DNA of 64,000 nt from a virus (Duplodnaviria; Heunggongvirae; Uroviricota; Caudoviricetes). Shown piece by piece: positions 48,115 to 58,746 of the stretch. The translations under genes were made by a program, and so were the position numbers. The stretch is from the IMG/VR virus record IMGVR_UViG_3300015207_000448; one strand, written 5' to 3'. A model generated the notes under the pieces. The model was not told where the DNA came from. It searched no databases and saw nothing but the letters and a program-made list of their open reading frames with translations. Position 1 is the stretch's first letter. Each line of letters begins with the position of its first letter.

Positions 48115-48693
48115 TTATTCGCAAATTATCAACTCCTTTGCATAAGGAAGAGTGGCAATCCATTCACAGAACATTCTCCACTCAGGGAGTTTGTGGCTCT
48201 TGCGCTGGAGGTAGATTGTGCGAAGCTGCTCATAGTTGGTGGAAACTCTCATAAAGAGCATTACACCCTGGGGGCAGTTGGAAAGAACAGTCATAAAGTT
48301 CTCTTCGGACTTGTCCTCATTGTATTTGGCGATCAGTCGCTTCATTTGAGCGATTGTTTCCTGAGTGACCCATTGGTTGCAGCACTTGTCGAAATCCATT
48401 TGCATTATGCGGTGCATTTTGGATGATGAGGTCACGATGTCAAACCAGTGGTAACGCTGCATTTCGGGAGAGATGTAGTTGGGGTATTTTATATCGAAGC
48501 TGACACGAATACCAGTGCGGAAATTGGCGTGACACTTGACCGGCCCCTTAGAGGCTTCACATAGTTTTATGGCCCGTTTCAAACTTGCCTCAAACTCTTC
48601 ATCCGTATATTCCGGAACCTCCAGACGCATTGCATTTCTGCAAGCAATAACGGATTCTTTAAGGTCATAGACCTTTACATTAGATATATCCAT
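48115..48693 (-). CDS. Hypothetical protein
   Basis: ORF track; no motif recognised. Confidence 0.35.
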   Translation of the reverse strand: MDISNVKVYDLKESVIACRNAMRLEVPEYTDEEFEASLKRAIKLCEASKGPVKCHANFRTGIRVSFDIKYPNYISPEMQRYHWFDIVTSSSKMHRIMQMDFDKCCNQWVTQETIAQMKRLIAKYNEDKSEENFMTVLSNCPQGVMLFMRVSTNYEQLRTIYLQRKSHKLPEWRMFCEWIATLPYAKELIICE

Positions 48694-48799
48694 AATATTA
48701 TGTTGAGAATGAAACTGCTTTTATCAGATATAACATAATAGAGGGATTAACCCTCCACAGTTTGTGAAGAAAAGTTAATCCCTCTAATATTTGTTGGCT

Positions 48800-49144
48800 T
48801 CATCGTCTGCTATCCGGATCCCAGCCACAGCAAACTGCAATGAAACCGAAGATAAATCCGAGAAAGACTAAGGACATTAAGCCACACACGACCTTATCCC
48901 AGAACGGCTGATCCTCAAATATGAGGAAGCCTCCACAGAAGAAATACCAAATCCATCCGATTGCGTACATCGCCAGGATTAGGAGTCCGAGGCCAATCAA
49001 GCCTGCAAAGCAGTACATAACTATGGTAGCAATCTTCTGTTCCTTGCTACCTTTGGTGGATGACTTCTCAATCTGGTAGAAAATGTTACACATCACTCCA
49101 CAGAAAAGATAGCCGACAAAAATTATCCAGCCCATATTATTCAA
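48800..49144 (-). CDS. Small polytopic membrane protein
   Basis: Hydrophobic throughout. Confidence 0.35.
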   Translation of the reverse strand: MNNMGWIIFVGYLFCGVMCNIFYQIEKSSTKGSKEQKIATIVMYCFAGLIGLGLLILAMYAIGWIWYFFCGGFLIFEDQPFWDKVVCGLMSLVFLGFIFGFIAVCCGWDPDSRR

Positions 49145-49526
49145 TCAAATTTTCGTAAATACATCTCATACAACAGTCACCAATGGCTCCCGACTCAATA
49201 CGAGCGATTACTTCAGGATCTTCATATTCTCCCCACTCTCTGAAAAGCCTCATAGACTTTCTTTTCTTCCGGTAAGTGCCGAAACACTCCAGTTGATGAG
49301 GCTTCAGCTTAAAAGAAATGGTGACACGATTACCATCCTTATCAAACCAAAATATGCGTTGGTTCTGAAGGAAAATGGCTATACTGAATGGTACGGTATC
49401 AGGAGAAAGTCCCATTTTCTGAAGCATCATCTTTCCCTCATTCTGTTCTCCGAAAAATCCTCTGATAAGCTCGTTGATGTAAAAACCCTTTACTCTGGTC
49501 GAGTCATTGGTTTGTTTCTTTTTCAT
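49137..49526 (-). CDS. Hypothetical protein
   Basis: ORF track. Confidence 0.3.
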   Translation of the reverse strand: MKKKQTNDSTRVKGFYINELIRGFFGEQNEGKMMLQKMGLSPDTVPFSIAIFLQNQRIFWFDKDGNRVTISFKLKPHQLECFGTYRKKRKSMRLFREWGEYEDPEVIARIESGAIGDCCMRCIYENLIE

Positions 49527-49564
49527 TATTTGTTATTGACAATACTCACTGCTTGTCATCAATA

Positions 49565-49969
49565 TTATGCTTCATAGACCCATTCTGTTACTTCACAGGA
49601 ATCAGGGTTAATATAGCACAAGAGATCGGCGATATACTCTCCAGATGGTTCGGATGAATAGAGAGCAACTTTGTCAATCATACCGGCATCAGCTTCATCA
49701 TACCATTTGATATAGAAACAGACACCAACATAATCTCCTTCGGTTTCCATGTGGCTTCTGTCAAGTTCGACCTCACACGTTATAATAGTAAAGTCATCCT
49801 CATATTCCACATCACGGTCATAGTTTTTTATTCTTTCCCAAAGCTCATCAAAGTTTTTGGACTCCGATATAGCTTTCTGAATTGGCTCTTTAGCTTTATC
49901 ATAAGCTCGCCGATTAAAGTTCGCATTGAACAGAGTTTGCTGCTCAGGGGTTAGATTACTCTTTTTCAT
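49565..49969 (-). CDS. Hypothetical acidic protein
   Basis: ORF track. Confidence 0.3.
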   Translation of the reverse strand: MKKSNLTPEQQTLFNANFNRRAYDKAKEPIQKAISESKNFDELWERIKNYDRDVEYEDDFTIITCEVELDRSHMETEGDYVGVCFYIKWYDEADAGMIDKVALYSSEPSGEYIADLLCYINPDSCEVTEWVYEA

Positions 49970-50229
49970 ATCATTACAACCTTAGTTTGTCTCAGCTCTC
50001 CAGTAAACTTGTGAGCCTGAAGTCCTTTGACGATAGCATTAATGGGAATACCTTGCAAATCCCAAGAGGAATAGTTGTTGAGGACCATCTCTGTTATTAT
50101 GAGATTGCAATCCGTACACTCCAATTTATTAGAGAACGGGCACTCACCCTTCTCCTTTTTCAACTCGCAAGTCTTACAGAGTCGGGTGAGTTTTGCCTGT
50201 ATCTTCTTGTTGGTGGCTTGATTTTTCAT
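49966..50229 (-). CDS. Small Cys-rich protein ending in FTGELRQ; paralogue of 27207..27446
   Basis: CKTC ... CPF ... CTDC. Confidence 0.45.
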   Translation of the reverse strand: MKNQATNKKIQAKLTRLCKTCELKKEKGECPFSNKLECTDCNLIITEMVLNNYSSWDLQGIPINAIVKGLQAHKFTGELRQTKVVMI

Positions 50230-50408
50230 ACCGTTATCACTCTGGAGTAGCGGAGTTCGCCATTATAACCACGCCGTCTAAGTTCGGCAAAAAGGTTCTC
50301 ATCAGTGAAATCCGCAAGAGTGAGAGTAGCCTTATTGCCGGGTTGAGGATTATAGTCGGCAGGGCGTTTTTCGTTAGTGTCTTTGACACTGCTTTTCTTT
50401 CCAGCCAT
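50226..50408 (-). CDS. Small basic protein with LFAELRRRGYNGELR; paralogue of 27028..27210
   Basis: Start at MAGKKSS inside ORF 50226..50459. Confidence 0.5.
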   Translation of the reverse strand: MAGKKSSVKDTNEKRPADYNPQPGNKATLTLADFTDENLFAELRRRGYNGELRYSRVITV

Positions 50409-50415
50409 AGGATGA

Positions 50416-51345
50416 TTAAAGTTTGTCACGATAGTTTTCCAGATACTCCAGAATATCAATCAGAGTATCAGTATAGATGTTTTCTCCATTGTTAGAAGTT
50501 GGAGCCTCACAATATGTAGCGAAGGTAATGAAAAACTCATCCTCATTGTCAGATAAGCCTATTGTATCAGGCAATACATTCCAGGGGCCGGAGTCTTTCT
50601 CATAACATATGTCCGGATTCTCATGGCCTGTAATGCGATCCCAGAGAATTGTATAAGTTTTGGTGGACTGAAGAATATCTTTGACAGTGTGAACGATGCT
50701 CTCGATGATTTCATTGCGAAGATTATATAGACGCTCTGAATATCGAGAATGAAGAATTTGTTTGGGTATTTTTACACCTTTCAGTTCCTGGTTAAGCAAG
50801 TCAATCAGGCTTCTTACATTCTTTTTACACTCCTTCATATCATCCAGAATGTCTGCAAGGTCATGTGGCGCACCATTTCGGCCATGACCATCCTCTCCAA
50901 TCCAGAGAGCGGCCTCTTCACACGGATCATAGCTCTCATAATATGCTTCGATGGTATTGATGAGACCCTTTACATCGCCAGAGTCGTAATCAACATAGAA
51001 GCCGAAGTCCTGACCGCGAGAAGAGCTTTTGGAGAAATAGAGGTCAATATTATTGAAGTTTTCATCGTGGTTGTGAATACTCCAATCATCTTCTTCTACT
51101 ATTTCAGTCACCCGGTCAACCAGTTCTTTGATTTTCTGACGGCGTAAAGTCAAGTCTTGAAGCTCGCAAGCCTCGACCTCAGCTTCCGATACACCATTGC
51201 TGATTAGAACGATAGTATCATCATAGAGACCGCCATCTTCATCATATTTTATCTCCAGTACCAAAAAGGAGCCAGATGTTTTGCCTTCGGGATCTTTCCA
51301 CCAAACATCCTGTCCGATGGAAAGGGTATTAGTATTTTCGCTCAT
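50416..51345 (-). CDS. Acidic multi-domain hypothetical protein, related to 17372..18157 and 8505..8879
   Basis: See those features. Confidence 0.45.
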   Translation of the reverse strand: MSENTNTLSIGQDVWWKDPEGKTSGSFLVLEIKYDEDGGLYDDTIVLISNGVSEAEVEACELQDLTLRRQKIKELVDRVTEIVEEDDWSIHNHDENFNNIDLYFSKSSSRGQDFGFYVDYDSGDVKGLINTIEAYYESYDPCEEAALWIGEDGHGRNGAPHDLADILDDMKECKKNVRSLIDLLNQELKGVKIPKQILHSRYSERLYNLRNEIIESIVHTVKDILQSTKTYTILWDRITGHENPDICYEKDSGPWNVLPDTIGLSDNEDEFFITFATYCEAPTSNNGENIYTDTLIDILEYLENYRDKL

Positions 51346-51349
51346 TGGG

Positions 51350-51856
51350 TTAATTTTTTGAATTATCTTTAAGGGTCCAGGATGTTGTTACATCACAATG
51401 ATCAATAGTGTTATGTTGCACAGCTGCTCCAGTGGCAATCAGCTCTTCAAGATATTCTTTACCGACATAAATGCCTGAGCGATTACCCCAGTTGTTTTTG
51501 CCGGTAAACAAAACTGAATCGGTAAGAATTTCAATGCCATCTACTACAATAGTCATTGAAGAGCCATTCCAAGAATCGTAAGTAAATAGAGTTTTACCAA
51601 TCACTGCTAATCGCAGGCCATTCAACTCTGAAGAGAGGTTAAGCTGGGAAACCACAACGTGAGTTTCCACTATCTTATTGAGTGCTTCAAGAACATTGTT
51701 CTTATCTAACATCTTAACCGCACCTAACTTATTGATAAGTGCTTTCAGTTTTTTATAAGCCTTTTCTCCTGATGGTGTTAATCCGCCGGTGGTATTGTCA
51801 AAAATTGGTTGAGTGGCACCAAAATAATTGACAAGTATATCTTCAAATTTCTCCAT
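51350..51856 (-). CDS. Hypothetical protein
   Basis: ORF track. Confidence 0.35.
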   Translation of the reverse strand: MEKFEDILVNYFGATQPIFDNTTGGLTPSGEKAYKKLKALINKLGAVKMLDKNNVLEALNKIVETHVVVSQLNLSSELNGLRLAVIGKTLFTYDSWNGSSMTIVVDGIEILTDSVLFTGKNNWGNRSGIYVGKEYLEELIATGAAVQHNTIDHCDVTTSWTLKDNSKN

Positions 51857-52181
51857 ATTTGATGATTATTGTTTTGAGTCAAATATCAAGAGTATCGGTT
51901 ATAGCGAATGAAATCATATAATTGTTATCCAAACCATAAGTTTGTTTATTGATTTGCAATTCGCGTATATCGGACTCCCATAACCGACTATTATGTTTTT
52001 TAGAGTGTTCGACAGCTAATTCGACAGCTTTTTCAAATGATGTGCATACTGCCAACAATTCTAAACTGGAATTACTTAACCAAGCATCTCCAATATAAAG
52101 TAAGTGAAGTTTCATTGGATGAAATGTTTTTAATCGTGTCAACACAATCTCTTATGCTGACACGATTAAGTGAGGAGAATC

Positions 52182-53270
52182 TTATTTTCGCCATTCAGCT
52201 CGCATGGCCTCAATATTGATACCATTGACGACCAGAAAATCCTTCAGGATACCGAAGAGCTTATATCCCTCTAAATCTTTTTGAGATGCAAGCTCATAAA
52301 GATATTCCCGTGACATTTTTTGACTCATCTTTGGAAATCCACAATCGTGGAAGAGAATGAGGTTCTTCAGAGTGAAGAAGGCGCCGGCACCTTTATAGGC
52401 ATCTTTGAAAGCTCTGGACTGTTCCATATCAAAGAACAGACAAGTTTCTTTGACTGCCTTATAGAAATTGGTTGTTGCACGATATAGTGCGGCCGGTTGA
52501 CGGGTATTCCTGATTGAGCGGAGCAGCTTTTCAAGAGGCTCATACACCTTAGTCGGCAGGTCTTTAATGAAGATATTGGTGCCATCCAAGCGAACATAAG
52601 GAACACCCTTGCACGATCTGATACGGAGCTTTGTCACAATGTTTCTGACCAACTTAATGTAGTCGGTGGCCATCTGAACGACAACGCCACGATTGAACCA
52701 GCGATTGCGCTCTGCGAAGTTTTCCGGGTCAGTGACATTGAGCCTTGCCTGAACACGCAGTTCTTCAACAACCATTTCCCACTGATACTTGTAACCCTTG
52801 CGACGGAGGGCGGCAGTGAAGCCGATGGGCTGGCCGGTCTTGTAATCGGTTTCGGTCATCATGTGAAAGACCTGAGCCATAACCCAGCGACGGAAGAGGC
52901 GGCGGTCAGGAATCGTTTTGCTGGCACGAATTGCAGCGAAGATAGGATCGTCATCGGGAACTACAGCAAATTGACCGTCAGTGAGGCGACCGACTTCGTA
53001 GCTGCCGTCAGTGCCACGAATAGAGAAGAGGTTGGCCACGTTGACTCCGGCATTACGGAGAGCTTCGATTTTGGCCTCAGCTTCATTGAGCTTGTTGGCC
53101 GGAACGGGGATTTCTACGGCGATTGATGTTGGTACGCAGTGAACTGGCATTACAACATTCACTTCAGCTGCTTCTACTTCGAGATTGGCGCCACACTTGG
53201 GGCATTTTACGCTTACTTTCTTCATATTGGTTTTTATTTTGATGTTATTTGTTTTCTGATTTGGGTTCAA
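52182..53270 (-). CDS. Zn-ribbon hypothetical protein; paralogue of 16278..17384
   Basis: N-terminal CPKCGANL; shared blocks listed for 16278..17384. Confidence 0.5.
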   Translation of the reverse strand: MNPNQKTNNIKIKTNMKKVSVKCPKCGANLEVEAAEVNVVMPVHCVPTSIAVEIPVPANKLNEAEAKIEALRNAGVNVANLFSIRGTDGSYEVGRLTDGQFAVVPDDDPIFAAIRASKTIPDRRLFRRWVMAQVFHMMTETDYKTGQPIGFTAALRRKGYKYQWEMVVEELRVQARLNVTDPENFAERNRWFNRGVVVQMATDYIKLVRNIVTKLRIRSCKGVPYVRLDGTNIFIKDLPTKVYEPLEKLLRSIRNTRQPAALYRATTNFYKAVKETCLFFDMEQSRAFKDAYKGAGAFFTLKNLILFHDCGFPKMSQKMSREYLYELASQKDLEGYKLFGILKDFLVVNGINIEAMRAEWRK

Positions 53271-53706
53271 TCCATTCTTTCAGGATGATGAGTTCTTTTA
53301 CGGTAGGACTTTGCCAGAACCATTTATCCTTAGCAAATTCATACCATTTGAGAGAGCCGTTAAATATCATTATCAGGATATGGAGTTCCAACTTGATTTG
53401 AGCAACTTCTCGTGGTTCGCCATAGAGCATATCCTCATCTGAAAGCTGATGCTCAGACAGAGCATTGAAGTATTTTTTACGCTTATGATCACTTCGTTCA
53501 GATGGTAGGCTATGCTGATAGCGAATGAACAGCTGAGTAATAATAGTGAGCGGATCGTCAAATACCGGAAGCCCTAACTCACCCTCATACTCACCTTGTT
53601 TGATGACATATTTACCATCAATTTTGAGCGTGCGTTTCTGAAAGTCTATATGGAATTTTGACCCACACTTGACTTTATTAACACATTCATTATAAATGTT
53701 TTCCAT
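53245..53706 (-). CDS. Conserved hypothetical protein; paralogue of 15806..16264
   Basis: See 15806..16264. Confidence 0.5.
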   Translation of the reverse strand: MENIYNECVNKVKCGSKFHIDFQKRTLKIDGKYVIKQGEYEGELGLPVFDDPLTIITQLFIRYQHSLPSERSDHKRKKYFNALSEHQLSDEDMLYGEPREVAQIKLELHILIMIFNGSLKWYEFAKDKWFWQSPTVKELIILKEWIEPKSENK

Positions 53707-54553
53707 TTCTATTTGAATTAAAAAATTATAATCTCACTGACTTGGCACATTACTTTATCGTATTGATTAAAGAGCTGGTGACAAGGTTCCGAATCGAACA
53801 AGCCAGGTGGCTAACCTGGCTGTCGATTCGAGTCCCTTGGTTAAACCAGCTCTATTGAACTTGCCAGTCTTGATTAAATCCTCTGTGCTGAGGTTTATCA
53901 GTTCTCAAAGCATTGATGCGTAACTCTATTCGGTTGATGGAATCCAGATAAGGACTCAGGTAGAACCGGCTGAAACATCCCAGGCAAGGATGTGAAAGCC
54001 GGTGGAACCTGAGTCCTATTCAGGTCTGGATGACTAAACAGTTGCTTTCTTGAACTGAGGTGCCGCATTACATTGGCTACTGAAGATGATTTGGTATATC
54101 GCTTTAAGAGGTTGATGTTTGGGCTTTACGGCTGCTGATGGAGGGTTGATAGAGCCTCCTAACAGCAGCTTAATGAAGCCAAAACTAAAATTATCATCTC
54201 TCAGATTGCTGCCATATACTTGGCTTGATGTATCTGTCATGTCACTGATATGTTTCTTTACTATCTTGATATTCTTCAGAAGTTACAGATGGACCAGGAT
54301 GAGTCATCTACGATAGGAGATGAATCTACTGGTCCATCTGCTATTAATTCTGAATAATTGAATGATTGACCCTTCAGATAAGACCGCATATTCGGTAATT
54401 GGTAGTCAGACAATATCGTGTGTGGCTATAAGGATTTGATGTCAGAAGGATCTGAGACTGTTGGCCAAAGGCGATAGCATGGCCCACAGTTCGATGATCC
54501 TTCTCTGAAAGGATTGCCGTTCTACCATTCATTGCACACTCAATCTATATCGG
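53707..54553 (-). other. 0.85-kb hairpin-dense noncoding region 3' of RT2, the positional counterpart of 14445..15800
   Basis: An 83-nt quasi-palindrome agagctggt ... accagctct at about 53771-53853; ggactcaggt ... acctgagtcc with nested accggc/gccggt; gctgctg ... cagcagc; gatggaccag ... ctggtccatc; no ORF of 60 aa or more. Confidence 0.4.
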
Positions 54554-55828
54554 TTATCCGTACTGATGAAGAGAGGAAACCAGCGTTCTGTAAACATCCT
54601 TACTGGTCAAGAGTGCATTTTGCATACACCCTATCGTAAAAAAGCCGGAGAACATCTTGTCTGTCTTTATACGGTTAGCTTTCACATTCCGTCCTATGCC
54701 TCGCTGTATGCAGCCATCGGATTGATTGGCAATATATCCCAGTCCTCCGATTTTAGTCTTGCCAGTCACGACAGCCCTCAAACAATCCATCACAAAGAGT
54801 GTGAGAGTTTGAATGTCTTTCTTCACGTTGATGACCGGCAACACCTGAGTGGCCCAGCTATACTCACCATTTCCGCAATAGAGATAATGATTTATATCAT
54901 TCGTGGCTTTGATGAGGCTTTTCTTTTTGGCTTTGATAGTGCGGGATTCAATCTCTTTCTGGAAGGCTTTTATTCGGGTTGAGCTGAGAGAAATGGAGGC
55001 TCCTTTGATTGAAAACCCAAGGAATTTGAACCACCGAGTATGAGTAAGAAACTCTATCTTTTTGGGATTGAGTTTCATTTCTCGCTTCGTGACCTCTTCA
55101 GTCATTATCTCCATTGCTTTCATATAGTCCGGCCCGACAAATAAGGCATCATCAGAATATCGGACATACTCGCCATTCAGTTGGCTCAGTCTTTCATCCA
55201 GGGTAAACATTACTACATTTGCCAACCAAGAAGCGACCGAACAGCCTTGTTTGAGTGACTGATAGGCTTTCTGGAGTTTGCCGTCAGTATCAAAATACCA
55301 GTCCGAATGATAATACTTTCGGAGAACATCTATGATAGCGGAATGGCCGTGTTTTGCCTCGACTTTATCAAAGGCTTCGTCAATAAATCTGATAGGTACA
55401 GAATCGAAATACTTACTGAAATCAGACTTCCACCCAATCACTTCGCCCTTGGTTTGGCAAATTCTCTTGGAGATCTCTTTCACAATCTTGCCACAACCGA
55501 TACCTTTCTGATAAGATTGACAAGTGGGATGAATCATCTCAGGCATCAGCTCAAATAAAAGGTCATTAGCGATACTGAGAAATATGCGGTCAATCGGCTC
55601 ATTGACATAGACTGTCCGGAACTCTCCGTTATCCTTGGGGATAAGAGCCGTGTGGGGCGGTGCTATCTCATATCGGCCGTCTCGTATAGCAGCGTACATA
55701 GCAGCTCTGGTATCAGGTTTTGTAAGCTGATAGAGATGAGCCTTATTGATGTGCTTCCCGACACCTTTTTCAATGGCATATCGCCATCTCTCAGTATCGA
55801 AAAACATTTCTAATATCTTATCATTCAT
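54554..55828 (-). CDS. Reverse transcriptase RT2; paralogue of RT1 (about 75% aa identity by eye)
   Basis: Same motif set, including YVRYSDDALFVG and FKFLGFSI. Confidence 0.85.
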   Translation of the reverse strand: MNDKILEMFFDTERWRYAIEKGVGKHINKAHLYQLTKPDTRAAMYAAIRDGRYEIAPPHTALIPKDNGEFRTVYVNEPIDRIFLSIANDLLFELMPEMIHPTCQSYQKGIGCGKIVKEISKRICQTKGEVIGWKSDFSKYFDSVPIRFIDEAFDKVEAKHGHSAIIDVLRKYYHSDWYFDTDGKLQKAYQSLKQGCSVASWLANVVMFTLDERLSQLNGEYVRYSDDALFVGPDYMKAMEIMTEEVTKREMKLNPKKIEFLTHTRWFKFLGFSIKGASISLSSTRIKAFQKEIESRTIKAKKKSLIKATNDINHYLYCGNGEYSWATQVLPVINVKKDIQTLTLFVMDCLRAVVTGKTKIGGLGYIANQSDGCIQRGIGRNVKANRIKTDKMFSGFFTIGCMQNALLTSKDVYRTLVSSLHQYG

Positions 55829-56075
55829 GGACTGGTTCTTTACTTATTGTGACATTGTAAGACTCGCTATAATATTCATCTATTGTAGCGGAAAAACGGT
55901 CATCTTCATCTGCTTCAATGGTATCTTCAGACCATCCGGGCTTTTTAAGAATGTCCTTACGTTCTTGCTTTAAGGCGCGTCTGGCACCTTCAAGTGTTGC
56001 CCACAGAGTGAAAGAAGTATAGTTGTCTGAAGGTCGAACACCCTCATATTCAACTGTTACACAGAATACTTCCAT
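55821..56075 (-). CDS. Small acidic protein whose stop overlaps the RT2 start
   Basis: ORF track. Confidence 0.3.
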   Translation of the reverse strand: MEVFCVTVEYEGVRPSDNYTSFTLWATLEGARRALKQERKDILKKPGWSEDTIEADEDDRFSATIDEYYSESYNVTISKEPVHE

Positions 56076-56077
56076 AG

Positions 56078-56395
56078 CTATGAGAATAAAGGCTTTTCGC
56101 CGTTATAGTTTTGGATAATCCATTCCAGCAAGAGCTTGCGATTCTTATCGTCAAGGTCTGCATAGAACTTGACCATATAGGTGTCAGGATCCTGAGTTCT
56201 GGTAGCGTGTTGCCACTTTCCCAGCATGTGACTGATATGACAAGTCCATTTCACTTCTTTGAGAAATTCCGGCACATTTACCGTATCTGCACCACCACCG
56301 GGAAAGGTGACAGTCATTGGAACTACCTTGTAATTCCAGCCATGAAACAGCCATTTATTGATGGCTATCATAGCGATTTTAAGATTTTCAGTCAT
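56078..56395 (-). CDS. Hypothetical protein
   Basis: ORF track. Confidence 0.3.
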   Translation of the reverse strand: MTENLKIAMIAINKWLFHGWNYKVVPMTVTFPGGGADTVNVPEFLKEVKWTCHISHMLGKWQHATRTQDPDTYMVKFYADLDDKNRKLLLEWIIQNYNGEKPLFS

Positions 56396-56400
56396 AGCTG

Positions 56401-57696
56401 TTATGCGATTTTTGATATAATTTTTGAAGTATTAGACTTAATCAATGATACTATTCTGTCAAAGTGTTCTGGAACCTGGTTGTATTTGCCACGGCATTGG
56501 AGGACCGAGAAGTCCTCTAAAGAAAATTCTATAGTTGCGATTGACACACCATTAACCAGGGCATGAAAAATAAGCACATTGTCGTCAGAATAATACCTAT
56601 TAGTGAAGACACAGTGGTGCATATATTCACCCTCTTCTACAAATTCTTTTACCGACTGAAGAGGTTTGACCACAATTTCCTTATCGACAAATTCCAGATC
56701 TAAAAATATTGATTTGGCTTTCTTATATCGAGCTTCATCAACTTTGTGATTAACCTCATAGCGTTGTAAAGGTGTCATTTGTCTCTCGCGCTCTCTTCGT
56801 CTATCTGCTTCATCCATCTTAGCTCGCTTTTTAGCAATCCATAAATCATGAGCCTCTTTAAGATTGTCAGGACAGATGAATTTTGGATTTCTCAAATCTT
56901 TCCCACAGTATTCAAGAGCGTCGAGCATATCATACCAAGTTGAAGCATCGGTAATCTTATAATTGTGCCGGAAAGCGACCTTAGCGGAGGGCCAATATTT
57001 CTCAAACTCATACTTTTTAGCCAATGAGAAAGCTACCATTTTGTATTGCCTTAATTTCCATGCCGTCTCAGTTTTATTGCAAGTGAGTAAGCGTTGGAAC
57101 AAAGTATATGGGGAACAGTTATGAAAATCACCGTTATATCCGTTTCTTCGGATTTCTGGAATCACTGAAGATTGCCCGATAACTTTGTAAGGCGTGACAT
57201 AGTGGCCATAGTTTTCTGTTCGGATTTCCATTTCGCTGTCATAGTTCCATATATCGCAATAACTGCACATCCAATGTCGAGCACGACCAACTATCACTTC
57301 TTTGGCATCTGGAGTAAGCCAGCGTTGAAAAGCCTCACTAATCCAGTATGTAGCCTTCTCGCCTCTTCTCAGATTTGTCTGCATAAAGAACATTCTAACA
57401 ACCTGACAACCTCCACGCTTGGTTACGATTGCGAAATAAGCTCTATCACAAAAATTCCACTTGCGAGTTTTGTCAACATCCAGCTTTGCGGAGCAGTGAG
57501 GACATACAACCTTAGTAGCCTCATCACCTTTCCAAGAGTGACCACAATCCAGACACACATATTCTTTCTTAGAATTGTACTTGGCAATATGCGGAGCCAC
57601 TTTCCTGACAGCTTCCTTATATTGATGTTCGTTCAAAGGAGAGAGTGTTTTGGATAACTCCAAAATTTTTCTTTGAAATTTGTTTCTGGGTTTCAT
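56401..57696 (-). CDS. PcfJ-like protein
   Basis: N-terminal zinc ribbon CLDCG ... CPHC and the C-terminal MHHCV motif that I recall for the PcfJ family. Confidence 0.5.
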   Translation of the reverse strand: MKPRNKFQRKILELSKTLSPLNEHQYKEAVRKVAPHIAKYNSKKEYVCLDCGHSWKGDEATKVVCPHCSAKLDVDKTRKWNFCDRAYFAIVTKRGGCQVVRMFFMQTNLRRGEKATYWISEAFQRWLTPDAKEVIVGRARHWMCSYCDIWNYDSEMEIRTENYGHYVTPYKVIGQSSVIPEIRRNGYNGDFHNCSPYTLFQRLLTCNKTETAWKLRQYKMVAFSLAKKYEFEKYWPSAKVAFRHNYKITDASTWYDMLDALEYCGKDLRNPKFICPDNLKEAHDLWIAKKRAKMDEADRRRERERQMTPLQRYEVNHKVDEARYKKAKSIFLDLEFVDKEIVVKPLQSVKEFVEEGEYMHHCVFTNRYYSDDNVLIFHALVNGVSIATIEFSLEDFSVLQCRGKYNQVPEHFDRIVSLIKSNTSKIISKIA

Positions 57697-57717
57697 ATTG
57701 TGAAAGAGCTGAAAGGA

Positions 57718-58122
57718 TTAGAAAATCGGAATATCCAGCGGCTCCGGGATATTGGGGTCAACAGCAGCTTTGGGCTTTCTTGGTTTGCGCTGCTTAGGCT
57801 TTTCTTCTGAAGTGATCTGCTCAGGGGAGGCTGGGGGTTCTGGAGAAGGACTCTGTACGGCTTCCACTTTATTCTTGGGGCCTTCTACTACGATGTCATC
57901 TTCATCATAGTAGTGGACTGCCAGTCCAAATACCTCATCGTCGGAAACACCGACACAACGCTCACCCTTGGGCTTGTTCTTTTCGACTTGCTGGAAGATG
58001 TACTTGCAACACTCTTTGATATTTTTGTTGGGTTTTGCGTATGTTGTTGCGAACTGAGCATCATCTTCAGCGCGCTTGTCAAGATAGTTCTTGATAGCAG
58101 TTTCAAAAGTGGTAAATTCCAT
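57718..58122 (-). CDS. PcfK-like protein, tentative
   Basis: Small acidic protein with a Pro/Lys-rich tail adjacent to the PcfJ-like gene; the assignment rests on the typical pairing. Confidence 0.35.
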   Translation of the reverse strand: MEFTTFETAIKNYLDKRAEDDAQFATTYAKPNKNIKECCKYIFQQVEKNKPKGERCVGVSDDEVFGLAVHYYDEDDIVVEGPKNKVEAVQSPSPEPPASPEQITSEEKPKQRKPRKPKAAVDPNIPEPLDIPIF

Positions 58123-58134
58123 ATTGAAAGATTT

Positions 58135-58659
58135 TTAGGAGTTAAAGAAAAAGAATGTATATCTTGTGTTTACATTCTCCTTTGGGGGAGAAGTCAACTG
58201 TCTGATTGCGAATTTGAAGGTGTTAGCTTTGAAAGTATGCTCAAAGCCATTCATAGGTTCGTGATGAGTGTACCGTATTTCAACTTTGGCATCATCAATT
58301 ACTTTATTGAGGATTACCGGGTTGGTATGCCATTTGCCTTTATGTTTCCAGCAATATAAGGTTACATCATCAGTCTGGAGGGATTTGAAGTCATCTATTT
58401 TGACTAATCCATATTCACTCATAAGCTCATCTAACAGACCTAATAAATAGTCTGGTAATGGGTCAGTTGAGTCTTTTTTCTTGCCATTATAAAGAGATTC
58501 AAACGTAAGTAGAAATGCCTGTTTTATCTCTATCGAGTCAATGCACTTACTTAATTTGTACTTACAGAATTTAATGATTTGAGGTTCTATTTCTTTGACG
58601 GCCTCATTATTCTTTGCTCGTAATAACTGACGAACATGATCAAGATTGGGGCGTTCCAT
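58135..58659 (-). CDS. Hypothetical protein
   Basis: ORF track. Confidence 0.35.
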   Translation of the reverse strand: MERPNLDHVRQLLRAKNNEAVKEIEPQIIKFCKYKLSKCIDSIEIKQAFLLTFESLYNGKKKDSTDPLPDYLLGLLDELMSEYGLVKIDDFKSLQTDDVTLYCWKHKGKWHTNPVILNKVIDDAKVEIRYTHHEPMNGFEHTFKANTFKFAIRQLTSPPKENVNTRYTFFFFNS

Positions 58660-58664
58660 AGAAG

Positions 58665-58745
58665 TAAAAGTTAAACCCCTTTATCCCTAACTCGCTACGC
58701 TCGTGTCGCTACGCTCCAAGGGTTAAAGGGATAAAGGGGTTAAGG
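58665..58745 (-). promoter_or_regulatory. Large hairpin immediately 3' of the VR3 stop: a 15-bp stem (aacccctttatccct / agggataaaggggtt) and a 38-nt loop containing a gagcgtagcga direct repeat
   Basis: Read directly from the sequence; could be the DGR target hairpin or a terminator. Confidence 0.4.
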
Positions 58746-58746
58746 G

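Noticed and set aside
53771-53853. tRNA or tRNA-like gene in the right-arm noncoding region (ttcgagtcc-like motif)
   Set aside because: The sequence folds as one long quasi-palindromic hairpin, not a cloverleaf. No acceptor, D-arm or anticodon-arm arrangement fits.
53707-55828. Retron (msr/msd plus RT) interpretation
   Set aside because: The structured region lies 3' of the RT rather than 5'. No a1/a2 inverted repeats flank a compact msr-msd. The RT carries group-II-like motif 4 and a long thumb extension rather than retron hallmarks. The idea is kept only as a generic RT-ncRNA alternative inside finding 3.
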